The notes beneath the pieces are model-generated. The model worked only from the letters and a program-made list of their open reading frames with translations. It was not told the DNA's origin and ran no database searches. Shown here piece after piece: positions 11,985-24,290 of a stretch of 64,000 nt of DNA (its first letter is position 1; each line of letters begins with the position of its first letter). Source of the stretch: Mytilus edulis (lineage: Eukaryota); NCBI RefSeq assembly GCF_963676685.1, contig NC_092353.1, positions 50,592,001 through 50,656,000 on the forward strand. The letters are read 5' to 3'. Made by a program: the position numbers and the translations under genes.

Positions 11985-12280
11985 GGGAGCTACCATTTGA
12001 TTTTTATGGGGGGGCTAGAATGAAATTTGAAATAAATAGGCAGGACAGGAGTTTTGAGTAAAAAAAAAGGCTGGATGAGACACTTGCAAAAAAAAAAGTC
12101 AGGACGACAATTTAGGTAAAAAAAAGTCAGGATAAACTAAAAAAAAAAAAAGGCAGGACCGAACAGAGTGAAAAATAAAAAGGCAGGACAGAGATTACAG
12201 CTAAAAAAAATTGCAGGACAAAATTTTTCATTCTACCCCCCCCCCCCCCCCCCCCCCATAAAAATCAAATGGTAGCTCCC
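11985..12280. mobile_element. PIF/Harbinger-type (Tourist-like) MITE, TAA TSD
   Basis: TIR GGGAGCTACCATTTGATTTTTATGGGGG, flanked by TAA/TAA. Near-identical copy at 59033-59327; partial copy at about 51588-51770. Confidence 0.85.
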
Positions 12281-12350
12281 TAATACAACAATAAACAAGT
12301 TCTTAATTGCAAAGAGTCAAGCAAAGTTGTAAAAGACGTCTAGCACCAAA

Positions 12351-12765
12351 ATCTATCGTCAATACCAAACTCACATAAAGAGTAAAAACATAAAAGTGTC
12401 TACCGTCAATACCAAACTCACATAACCAGTAAAAACATATAAGTGTCTACCGTCAATACCAAACTCGCATTAAGAGTGAACACATAAAAGTGTCTACCGT
12501 CAATACCAAACTCCCATAAGGAGTAAAAACATAAAAGTGTCTTCCGTCAATACCAAACTCACATTAAGAGTAAAAACATATAAGTGTTTACCGTCAATAC
12601 CAAACTCACATAAGGAGTAAAAAACATAAAAGTGTCTACCGTCAATACCAAACTCACATAAGGAGAAAAAGCATAAAAGTGTCTTCCGTCAATACCAAAC
12701 TCACATTAAGAGTAAAAACATATAAGTGTCTACCGTCAATAACAGACTCGCATAAAGAGTAAAAA
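12351..12765. repeat. Minisatellite, about 47-bp unit, about 9 copies
   Basis: CCGTCAATACCAAACTCACATA..AGTAAAAACATA.AAGTGTCT recurs at about 47-bp spacing. Confidence 0.92.
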
Positions 12766-13796
12766 GTTTTATACGAAATGCCGAAAGTGAGTCACATTCC
12801 CTGTTTACATTTTCAATACTTTATTTTTCTGAAGTCACTTTCATTTCGTATAAATTTTCAAAAACATAGCGTTGTGTTTCCAGATCTTATAAATATAATT
12901 GATATTTATAATACAGTCAAACGTTTCCATCCCTCACAATTGTGTCTGTCTCAATTTTACTAAAAATAACAAAAGTCAGAAGGACTTCTATGTAAAGTTA
13001 GATCTTCATTTTACACGTCAAAAACATCTAGAGAAATTGTTTTTAATCCTTATAATTCTGAAACCATTTTAAATTTCAATTTCAACTTTTTTTTGGACCC
13101 CAGTATTCCATTTATATGTATAGTGGGGGGGGGGGGGGTGTTAGTTGTCACAGTGACAACATGGTTTACCGAATTTACAACAAGGGAAATATCCTAACGA
13201 CCCAATCAAATTCAATTAAGTTGTAATATGCATATAAAAATATTTCAAAAGGGTTATTTCTATAGGTTTTATCATACTTTTGTAATAAATGTGGACCAAG
13301 GCAGTATCTAAGCTTTTCATGTTTGTAATGTTTTTCGTGTGGAACCACTTAACCAAGTTCAAATCAAACTAAATGAATAGCAATTTAGTAATGCCAAATT
13401 AATGATTAACAATTTTCAATGATTCCAATTAAAAGACAGAACGCACTATAAACCAAGAGTCAAAAATAAATATGTAGTTGTCCCACTCACGTGCACTCAA
13501 GTATTAAAAAAGAAAACTTGAGTTCTAGATAAAGTATCGTCATGGCCCAAGGTTTCTTCAATAGTTCTGTCTGTCCATTAGAATTGACAAGAATAAAACC
13601 TATTCTAGACTTTAAACAAACCTTCAATATAGATGCAGTTAGTCCTTTATAGAAAAGTAAACAATCAAGACGTCGTTCGAGACGACCGAGATTGTCGAGC
13701 ACTCGATTTTCAAATAACTTATTTGCAAAAAATAGACACAATAAATATTAGGCAACATTCAAAAACTTGTCTCTTACTTAAAATTCAGAATAATAT

Positions 13797-14022
13797 AAAC
13801 ACGACGGGTGTCAAACACATGTGGAGCAGGATCTGCTTACCCTTCCGGAGCGCCTGAGATCACCCCACTTTTTGGTTGGGTTCGTGTTACTTCGTCTTTA
13901 GTTTTCTATGTTGTGTCGTGTGTACTTTCGTCTGTTTGTCTTTTTCTTTTTTAACCATGGCGTTGTCATTTTATTTTCGATCTATATGTTTGAATATACC
14001 TCTAATATCTTTCGCCTCTCTT
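13797..14022 (+). repeat. Dispersed repeat (CCCTTCCGGAGCACCTGAG family); copies at about 20905-21135, 39695-39915(-), 50053-50235, 37010-37125(-)
   Basis: Direct sequence similarity among the copies. Confidence 0.75.
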
Positions 14023-14083
14023 TCAGAATAGTGTTCAAAATGTGACTACCAAATAAGAACACAATATTGATTTTATGATTCAC

Positions 14084-14584
14084 TTATTCAAAATAAACAG
14101 CATAACAAGTTGATACAATATAACTATCACCAAAAGGTATGGAAACTGTCATGTGATTGTCTGTGTTATCGTTCCATAAACATCTACTTCCGATGGAAAA
14201 AGTGGCAAAATCTTGAACAATAGTTACATGAATTATAAATCTGTACCTAGTATTAGCATATTCCGTTTTTATTCGATGCTTGATGTCGTCTGTTAGTTTC
14301 GCACACAAATGACCCCTGCCCTCTGACTCGAGAAAATCGTCGTCTTCACCGGCGATGAGTTCTTTAATTGCCTGTCTCATAGTGCCTTGGATAGTATTTT
14401 CCGAGAGTAAATTGTCAGGATCCATTTTGTATGTATTTTCCCATTTGAATTTATTAAGTTCGTCCGTAGTTTCAGATCGACAGTTGCTTTCATCGTCTCG
14501 ACGTCCTGACGGTGTTTGACTCTTGGTGGCAGCACGAAGCTGAGCTGCTCTAGCTGTTGGTCTCTGTAGATATGCTTTATCCAT
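14084..14584 (-). CDS. Tctex-1 domain dynein light chain, copy 2, intronless CDS, 166 aa
   Basis: WENTYKMDP, RYRFIIHVTIVQ, GSRCLWNDNTDN, TCYAVYFE; closest to copy 1. Confidence 0.9.
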   Translation of the reverse strand: MDKAYLQRPTARAAQLRAATKSQTPSGRRDDESNCRSETTDELNKFKWENTYKMDPDNLLSENTIQGTMRQAIKELIAGEDDDFLESEGRGHLCAKLTDDIKHRIKTEYANTRYRFIIHVTIVQDFATFSIGSRCLWNDNTDNHMTVSIPFGDSYIVSTCYAVYFE

Positions 14585-15314
14585 TGCTTATTTTATAAAA
14601 TCCACAAATTTCTGTTTACAATGTCTCTCAACAAGAATAAATATTACAGAATGTTAAATAAAGTCAAAAATGAATTTGCAAGTTTTGAATTAATGGAACC
14701 AGTGAATCGAATTAAAGACTTTCTAAAATGATTTAGATTTTTCTATTGTTTAATTGAACTTGCTTGACAACCAATACATGACAGATGAATGAACACAATT
14801 GCTTATAGTTAATTAAATCTTGTTCAATGCTATACATACCTAAATTATAATGGCGGATGTATCATTGACTAATGTCTGCATTCAATTCAACTGTATTATT
14901 AATAGTGAGAAGATCCAAAGTCTCGATTAATTTTCAATAAAATGCATATTATGTTTTGTTATCACTGCCAAATTGCAATTATCCTTAGTTATAATGGAAT
15001 CATTATTTTCAGTGCTTATTGAAATTATTTACATTTTTATTAATTATATTTTGTGCCATTTATTTTGAAGCGAAAATTCTTCTTGTTCGTGAAATTGATT
15101 TAACTTTTGGAATTATTAAAATCGATTTTTAATTGCTTTTAATAAAGATAAATGTCTGTACGTAATTTAACTAACTACATGATTGACTATACTTTTTACT
15201 GCACTATAAAGTTGCTGAGAACACAACTCAGACGTTACCTACGAAGCGTGCATGTAAGCTGGTTCTCGGCTGACTACTTAACAATTAAAACCAACAAAAA
15301 ATGTTATTTACAAC

Positions 15315-16490
15315 TTTTGTCGCAGAAAGATTGACATAGGGATAGTGATCCGGCGACGGCGTTTGTGAATTTCTTTTAAAAAAAGCTTTATATTTAAGAT
15401 GGTGGAAGACCTGGATGTTTTATACTTTGTATATAGATTTCTAATGTTACAAAGTTTCCGTCTGTCCCATGTCCATTGTCCTTGACCTCCTTTTCATGGG
15501 TCAGTAACTACTGGAAAAAGGTCCGATTTTATGTAATGTTAATTTCTCTCTTATTATGAGTAATAGGATAACTATAATTCGTATGTTCGTACCTTGCAAG
15601 GTCCTCGTGCCTGTCAGACAGTTTTTACTTGACATCGACCTCATATCAGTGAACAAGGTTAAATTTTGGTGGTCAAGTTCAAAACTCAGATAATATAAGC
15701 AATAGGTCTAGTATATTTGGTGTATGAAAGGATTGTAATGTGTACATGTTCAACCGGCAGATGTCATCTGACCTTGACCTCATTTTCATGGTTCAGTGGT
15801 TATACTTCAGGTTTTTGTGTTTTGATCTGTTTTTCTTGTACTGTTAGCAATATAGGTCAACTTTATTTGGTTTATGGAATAATTTTTATTTGCGCATGTC
15901 CAACTGACTGGTATCATCTGACCTTGACATCATTTTCATGGTTCAGAGGTTATAGTTAAGTTTTTGAGTTTTTTGGTGTTTTTTTTCTAATACATTATGC
16001 AATTGGTCAACTATATTTGGTGTATGGAAATATTTTATGAAGTTCATGTCAGTCTCACAGGTTTATTTGACCTTAATCTCATTTTCACGATTCATTGCTC
16101 AGTATTAAGTTTTGTGTTTTAGTCGGCTTTCTTAAACTATGAGCAAAAGGTCAACTATATGTGTTGAATGCAGGATTGTAAGCGGTGCATGTTTGCCTGG
16201 CATGGTTCATCTGACCTTGACCTCATTTTCATGGTTCATTGGTCAATGTTTAGTTTTCTTGGTAAAGTTTGATTCTTACAAAATTAAGCAATCGGTCAAG
16301 TACATTTATTGTATTAAATGCTGGTAAGTTGCACATGTATTTCTCGTTTTGTATGTATAACTTTGACCTCATTTTCTTGGATCATATTAAGTTTATGTGA
16401 TAGTTGTAGTAAAGCTTTATATTAAGGAATATCAATATCATATCAAAAGTAAGTAAAGAAGGCGAGACATTTCAGCGTGTGGACTCTTGT
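15315..16490 (+). mobile_element. HINE/pearl-like element with internal tandem repeats
   Basis: CGGCG microsatellite head, repeated TGACCTTGACCTCATTTTCATGG cores, 3' short palindrome. Similar layout at about 43305-43760 (GTCC microsatellite). Confidence 0.55.
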
Positions 16491-18993
16491 CCTTTGAAGT
16501 TCGGTGATTTTCTTCGGGTACTCTGATCTCCTCAACAAAAAGATTTGACAAAAAGGATATATAATAGTAACAAGAAAAGAAATGATTTAGAAATTGTAAA
16601 TTCTTGGAAAAGTTTTTTGGGACTCACAAAAGCAAAGTAAAAAACAGAAACGCAATCGCGTGACAAACATTGCTTGGGTTGCTTTGATATTGATTCAGAA
16701 AATTTTGTATTGCTGAAGCATTACTATGCGAAAAAAATCAATTTTCGGTGTAAGAGTTGAAGGTTAAGATATCAATGTTTGTTATTTGATAAGCCGATGA
16801 ATACAAGTATATCATTGTTCTTTTAACTGATTGTTAAAACTATCAAGTGATTTTTTATCTAAAATAGGAGACCAATTTGGAAGTCAAATCTAATTAAAAC
16901 GGCGTTTATGCTTTTTTATGAGTCTTCTTTTTTATATACTTAAGTTTGCAGTGTAAAGGAGGTTCGAGATGACGGAGTCGCTGCATAAAACATACACAAA
17001 AATAATCATAAAATCAAGAGGATTATATGATCTTACATAACTCTCTCAAGAAGGAAAAAACCTTCAATTCCAATTTTTATGATACAAAAATACCAGCAGT
17101 TAAAATTATATAACTTTTGAAAAAGATTTATTGCTGTTAATAAAAATACTTTAAAATTTTTAAATTTGTAAGACATCCAAATAGAATATAGACATAAATA
17201 TACAGTTAATATACACTTGGGATCCTTTATAGCTTTGCTGTTCGGTGTGAGCCGAGGCTTCGTGTTGTAGACCGTACTTTGACCTATAATGGTTTACTTT
17301 TACAAATTATGACTTGGATAGAGAGTTGTTTCATTGGCACTTATACAACATCTTCTTATTATCTACTTTTAAATAGTATAGACATAAATGTACGGAATAT
17401 GTGTGTCGTCAAAGGGACTCGGTGCCCCTATCCCTATTGCGACCCTCTGTTATGTCAATTTTTTACACGTAACCACATGAGGTGAAAATGCATATTATAC
17501 TGTTTGCTTTTTATCACACTTACATTTTTCCATCGCTAAGCAAATTGATTCATTTTTTCAACATGGTTTTTGTATTATCATTTTATATTATAGAATAACT
17601 TGAATATGTACATTAAACTTAATTCATTTGTCAATCTGCATGCATATGAAAACTTGTCACATCAATAGACATAATTTAACTACTAGGCAAGAAGTTCATA
17701 ACACAAACATACATGTAATACCAACGTTTGTCTTGTATAAAAGATCCATTATATATGAAGATTTTAACTGTCAGACGAATTTTACTTCAAAGAAATAAAA
17801 ACATGTCAATAATTTTAAATACAAAGTTTATTTCATGTTTCATTTCTTTGGATAAAAGATTTAGAACGCAGCAAAAAAGTGCATTACAATTGTGATTTAT
17901 AAAGAATTGGTGGCCTTCGGCTGTTCTATGCTCTTTGGTCGCGGGTTGTTGTCTCTTTGACATATTCCCCATATCCATTCTCAATTTTAATTTTAATTAA
18001 AGCATTCAACAACTTATATCTTTTTTTATATATACATTGTAGGTATACATGCTTTTCCCCTATCGTGAATGACAGTTGTATATTTTTAATTAAATCAACT
18101 TTTATTTGTATTACTTCATAATGAAAAGAAACAACAACAGTCTTTAAGAAACCTACTTAAAAATTCGTTTAAATGTTAGTTCTATTATATATTAACAACA
18201 CCATAGACAAAGGCAATTGTAAAACAAAACATTGGGTTTATAAATCATATTGTTCCTTGCGGTTCAAAGGTATGTAATTTCAAAAATCCATAAAATTTAT
18301 CAAAGAAAACAAAGACAATACTACAAAACGGCAATATAAATTTCATTACGACAATTATTTACCATGAATTCTTTAATTTTCTCTTTGTGTCTGTTATGTT
18401 TAAAATTTGCCATGGACACATCAAACAATAATAAAGTAACACGGTTTCATATATGTGTACATGCAATCTATGAACAATTTAAATAAATCTGCATATAATT
18501 ATCTATTTCATGAATTGAATTTATATTGTTTTATAGACCATGCGAAACAATGTTTTATATTTGCATGGGAAAAATTCTTTCACTCACTCAAATATATTTA
18601 TTAGTATTATAAAACTGATGATTTAAATCAATTATTTGTATCACCATTAATAACGTTATTTAAATTGTTTACAAAAAGCTAAATACATTTTAAATTTTAA
18701 TTGTTCCTAGATTCAGTCATCGATTTTAAGTACTAACAATTAACTTTCATTAATTGGTCTACTCGTCTATATCTGCCATCTACTCTAGACATAAAATGAA
18801 TGAATTTTAAATCTGAAGTGTTTCGTCCGAATTAAAGTATAATTGTAAAATTGCCTGAAGTCAACTAGCTAACTACCAGATGAAACTGACAAATAATCGA
18901 AGACGTTCAGAATACAATATTCAACAAAATCAGGTGTATAGTGACTATATTCTATCTGTCAGGCCCGAAATCGCCCGGGGTCTAGAACAGTTG

Positions 18994-19112
18994 CAGTGGC
19001 GGATCCAGCCATTCTAAAAGTGGATTCCAATCATATGTCCCCATTAAAAAGCATTGATCGTTAAAATGGGGTATATTACCTAGCCCCCCCCCCCCCCCTG
19101 GATCCGCTACTG
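18994..19112. mobile_element. CAG..CTG MITE with 5-bp TSD (AGTTG), hAT5-like
   Basis: TIR CAGTGGCGGATCCAG; identical 5-mers on both flanks. Confidence 0.8.
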
Positions 19113-19602
19113 AGTTGGAAATGAATTTTACAGAGAATTTAAAAGATATTCCATAAAACCAAAATAACAAATTAACAAAAATCAAAGACACATGATAAAA
19201 ACAACCATTGAAAAGGTTCTTTCCATACATACACACATAGTACATTTGCGTCATACATGTACCTGTTCTCTGCAATATGTTCTTGAAATAAGACCTTGAG
19301 GATGCAACTTTTGGCTTTTCGGAGGGGGGATTATATGTCTTGTATTCCCTATTTCTGCTTGCTGTTTGAAAGGTTGAATAAAATCAAAAGAAAAGAAAAA
19401 CGTACATTTTCACCATCTTGAATAAGAATTTAAAATTAAATTAAAGATCTGAAACATGAAACTGTGTATATTTGATAAGAGTTTCGTTACAGAAAATATA
19501 AACAAACCGTTTCCATAGAAACTGAAAATACTGCAAACTTTTAAATCCCGTAGAATCCTTTATTACTAATAATAACAAATTAACAAATGTTCCGAAATGA
19601 AA

Positions 19603-20157
19603 TCATTCTAAATAAATCCCATAACATGCAGCTACGGCAAACACAGTTTTATTTTTAAAAGTAACACATGCAAAATTATCGTTCTTTTCATCCCATATAC
19701 AGCGGCTACCTATCTGTACTGCTTGCTCAGAATTCTCTCCAACTACAACTTGTACAACATATCTGTACCGTTTCCATGGAAACTCCTTAGCTCGTTCTTT
19801 TATTAAGGATGACAAGTTTGCGGCAACTGTCGGGCATATTTTCCCGTTATAGTCCGTCTCGGTTAACTGTTTGTCTAATATTTCTTTCATTGCTCTTTCC
19901 ATCTGTTTGCTAGAAAACTTATAATCCTCACATGGATTCAGTTGGAATGTATTTTCAAGTCTGACATGTTCATGAAAATATTTCCCTCTGTCATGATCAG
20001 AGCTTTCAGATTTACTATCGTTTCCTTTGTGATCCCTTAAAGTATGCCCATGGGCTTTTGTAAGCCTGCCCGGCACAGTCAGGTTCTGTCCATGCCCAGG
20101 TATATGACCACCGCCATGTCCGTGTGTTCTCCGTATCCTCCTAGAATCCATCGCCAT
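19603..20157 (-). CDS. Tctex-1 domain dynein light chain, copy 3, intronless CDS, 184 aa from the first ATG, His/Gly-rich N-terminus
   Basis: LENTFQLNP, FPWKRYRYVVQVVVGE, GSRCIWDEKNDNFA, AACYGIYLE. The first ATG is at 20157; the track start is a TTG. Confidence 0.9.
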   Translation of the reverse strand: MAMDSRRIRRTHGHGGGHIPGHGQNLTVPGRLTKAHGHTLRDHKGNDSKSESSDHDRGKYFHEHVRLENTFQLNPCEDYKFSSKQMERAMKEILDKQLTETDYNGKICPTVAANLSSLIKERAKEFPWKRYRYVVQVVVGENSEQAVQIGSRCIWDEKNDNFACVTFKNKTVFAVAACYGIYLE

Positions 20158-21448
20158 GCTTTTCCGCAATAAACAAATACTTAGTCAATATTCACTTTAT
20201 AACGGAAACCAGAATGAACTTCACAATTAGATAATTTTATCTAAAAGCGTGTCAAACATTGATTAAATCCATCCATTCACCGTACCTACGTTATAAATAT
20301 CTGTGGATTACTGAGAATTCTACCCGATAAATATCCTATGGAAAAGCTGGCGTACAATCATCGATTCTGATCCTCAATTCGTGATCACAGCCTTCTATTT
20401 GACGATACAAATGGGTTTTATGAAGTATTTATGAATGACAGCCTTAATTATATTGACTTAGTTGAAATGTATACATTATCTTATTTTACAGATTGTTTCT
20501 TACTGTTAAATCTCATTTTCTACTCAGGTAAAGAGATAATTATAAGAATATAGATTTTTTTCGTGTGTGTACAATGACAATTGTTATTTTCTGAATTGGC
20601 TAGTAATTAATAAACACGACTTTTTCTGCTTTTTTTCATTGCAATACGTCATTCAACTACATTTGTATTAAAGTTTCATAAATATGTGGGTTTTGTTGAT
20701 TAAATGGTTCAATAATGCACATTTCCGTTTATAGTGTGTAATGGTTCGCTTGAAGCTGCATGCATGCCTGAAACAAATACTTTGAACTTATTGCAGACTA
20801 AGGTCTCTTATCATTGCACAAAAAATGACACCAAGGTCTTCTCTCTTTTCTTCCAGTTTTCTATGCACTGATGCATTTAGACTTATTTCCAGGTTTGTAC
20901 TGACATGAGCAACACCGGATGGTGCCCCATATGGAGCAGGATCTGTCTACCCTTCCGGAACTCCTAGCTGAGATCACCTCCCGTTTTGGCGGGATTCGTG
21001 TTGCTTAGTATTTAATTTTGTATGTTGTGTTTTATGTACTTCTGTTTGTCTGTTTCTTTTTTAAACAATTGCGTTGTCAGTTTGTTTTCTCGACTTTTTC
21101 TTTTGAATGTCCCTCTGGTATCTTCGTCTCTCTTTTATAAATAATATCATACTTCTTTAATACTGTCACGTGATGTAACCAGATCAGTTTGATGAAATCG
21201 ACACGTATTTAATAGGTGTTCAATAGGGGTGAATCTAATAACTTCAAATTTTGACAGAAGGGATCTAGGAGCTTAGAGAGTTTATCCTTTTTTATCGATC
21301 ATCATTTTATTAATATTTTACGTTATTAAAGTAGCTTAAAGAAAAATGGATGTGTTGCGACAACCACTAGTACACGGCCTTTAATCTACCACTGTCGAAA
21401 CTGCAACATCATGCTGTTTCTGTCATACGATTGGACCATTGAACCAGT

Positions 21449-21610
21449 CAGGCGCGGATCCAGAGGGGGGGGGGGGGGGTTCTGGGGGTTGGAACCCCCC
21501 TTTTTTTTGGATGATCAATGCATTTGAATGGGGACATGTAATTGGAACCCCCCCCCCTTTTTGTCCTGGGTTAGGAACCCCCCTTTTTAAAATGGCTGGA
21601 TCCGCCCCTG
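21449..21610. mobile_element. CAG..CTG MITE, same family
   Basis: CAGGCGCGGATCCAG ... CTGGATCCGCCCCTG; flanks CCAGT/CTAGT (4/5 match). Confidence 0.75.
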
Positions 21611-22734
21611 CTAGTGATATCTTAACACAAATAATCGAAGAAATGCATGTATATGCAACAACAGTGGCGGATCAAGAATTTTTCATAAGACGTGGCATAC
21701 TGACTGTCTAAGAGAGGTCTCGCCCCAGTCATGCTCCAGTGAATCCCTATATAATCAACCATTTTTTCCCTGAAAAGGGGACTCGGGCCCCGAGCCTCTT
21801 ACGACATAAAGATCAGGCAGGGCGTGTATGTGTACATTAACACATATTAATTGTTAGTGAATAAAATCCTATTTTGGGGTTTATATCAGTAAACTAATTC
21901 TGCCATCTGGATAAAAAATATGTAATCCCTAATTCTTGATAAAACACATCTTAATTATCCTTACATAGTTGTTTCATCGAATCCATACATGACGCATTTT
22001 TGCGTCTGTCCCAAGTCAGGAATCTCTGGCCTTTGTTAGTCTTTGTTAGTATGATTTCTTAATTTTAGTTTCTTTGATTGATTCCGGATTTTAGTATGAC
22101 GTTCATTTTCACTTCTCTGGTACATATTTTTGTTAAGGGGCCAGGTGAAGCATGCCTCCGGGTGCGGGATTTTCTTGGTGTATTGAAGACCCATGTGTGG
22201 CCTTCGGCTGTTGTCTGCTCTTTGGTTGAGGTGTGGTCTGTTTGACACATTCCCCATTCCATTCTCAATTTTTTAAATATGACTATTTTTGTATCTCGAG
22301 GAAATTCATCTAGACCAAAATTCATTAAAACATTAAAATCATTGAACACTTATGCCTATTAGTTATTTCTATTTTAGGTAAATTAGATTTAATTGTTTTG
22401 TAATACTGTGTCTATATTAATGAATTCTGAATGTATTCAAATAACAATGATCATAGTCTCTATAGTGAAATTGATTTTTACCCCCTGCTTCGAACTTTTG
22501 ATTTGAGATTCCTCTATTCCGTAGTTATTATTAATTAAGTTTTATTTCATGCCTCAAATATTATTGACAGGTTAAATGCAGTATTGTCCTCGGGTATAAT
22601 AACAAAATACGTCTTAGGACTATAACGGATGACGTCGTTTCACATTGTATAAATATACCATTGAAAGCAGATTATTTAGATCACACACTTGTAGTTTTCC
22701 TTACTCGCCCAATGATACACAGGCAAAATTTGCC

Positions 22735-23145
22735 CACGTGAATTTCACATGAAATTTCATGTGAGATTCACCTCAAACGAGCTTATACATGAAACTCACA
22801 TGCATCTCCATGTGAATTTCACGTGAATTGAGATTCACATGAATGTCACGCGAAAATTTTCACATGAATTTCACGTGAACTTTTTTTTTATCATGATTTC
22901 CCTTTGTTTGAAAATTCAGATGTTATTTGAAATACTTTATTTTAGATATTCACGTGAATTTCATGTGAAAAAACAATAATGTGATTTTCACGTAGAATTC
23001 GTGTTAGTTTCACATGGTATTCACATGAAACTCACATGAACTGATTTCATGTGAGTTTCACGTATAAGCTCGTTTGTGGTGAAATTCATGTGAATTTCAC
23101 GTGAATTGCACGTGAGATTCACATGAATTGAAATTCACATGAAAT
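22735..23145. repeat. Fold-back element built from TTCACGTGAA/TTCACATGAA units
   Basis: Inverted arms (CAAACGAGCTTATAC / GTATAAGCTCGTTTG) and more than 20 CAYRTG palindromic units. Confidence 0.75.
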
Positions 23146-23897
23146 TGATGTAACTTAAAAAATGCGTAAAAGGGAAAAAGAGTTACTTTTAACTTATGAG
23201 TGTTCGAATACAGGGGCGGATCCAGCAATTTTGTAAGGGGTTGCAAACCCAAGATAAGGGAGAGGGAAACATATGTACCCATTCATATCCATGGATCGTA
23301 AAACTAAAAAAAAAGAACCTTTTATCCAGAACACCATGACAGAATTCTTAAATTATATTGGTTGCATTACGTTGGTGTAGTGATTTGGTTAGAAAGGTTC
23401 ATTTGTATATACGCAGATGATTGTCAATGACTGTGAATATCAAAATGATCATATGTTATATGACATAAGTCAGAGTAAAGTAAATTATAGAGTAGGCTAT
23501 TTCAGTGAAGAACTAACTGTATCTATAATATCTATTGTACATATGCGGATCGAGGGTGCTGGGGCCCGCGCCCCCTCTCCCTTTCGTGGGAAAAAATTGT
23601 TGATTTTATAGGGAATCACTGAAGCATGACTGGAGCGCCCCCCTCCGCTTAGGTTAGTCAGCGCCCCCTTTTTTTAATGAAAAGTTCTTGATCCGCCACT
23701 GTAGCAAGGTCACAATATAAGGCCATTACTCTATTTTAAGTAGTAAGTAGACCGGGTTAGTTCAGTGAAGAACTGACTGTATATAGGAAGTCGTGGCAAG
23801 GTCACAATATAAGGCCATAACTTTGAGCATTGGCATAAGATTGTGGTACATGTATGTGGCATAAGTCAGCAGACTGATTATATTAAGTAGTAAGTAG

Positions 23898-24290
23898 ACA
23901 AGGTTATTTCAGTGATGAACTGACTGTATATAGAAAGTCGTGGCAAGGTCACAAGGTTATTTCATTAAGGAACTGACTGTATACAGAAAGTCGTGGCAAG
24001 GTCACAAGGTTATTTCATTAAAAAACTGACTGTATATAGAAAGTCGTGGCAAGGTCACAAGGTTATTTCATTAAAGAACTGACTGTACATAGAAACTTTC
24101 AAAGTCGTTGCAAGGTCACAAGTTTATTTCATTAAAGAACTGACTGTATATAGAAAGTCGTGGCAAGGTCACAAGGTTATTTCATTAAAGAACTGACTGT
24201 ATATAGAAAGTCGTGGCAAGGTCACAAGGTAATTTCATTAAAGAACTGACTGTATATAGAAAGCCGTGGCAAGGTCACAATATAAGGCCA
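23898..24290. repeat. Minisatellite, about 53-bp unit, about 7 copies (degenerate copies back to about 23490)
   Basis: CAAGGTTATTTCATTAAAGAACTGACTGTATATAGAAAGTCGTGGCAAGGTCA repeated. Confidence 0.92.

Noticed and set aside
12351-12765. Regularly spaced repeats resembling a CRISPR array (also 23898-24290 and 62188-62530)
   Set aside because: The 'spacers' are near-identical, so these are tandem repeats; there are no cas genes and the context is eukaryotic.
22735-23145. Dense TCACGTGA (CLEAR/E-box) enhancer
   Set aside because: Better explained as the internal repeats of a fold-back element; no evidence of a regulatory role.
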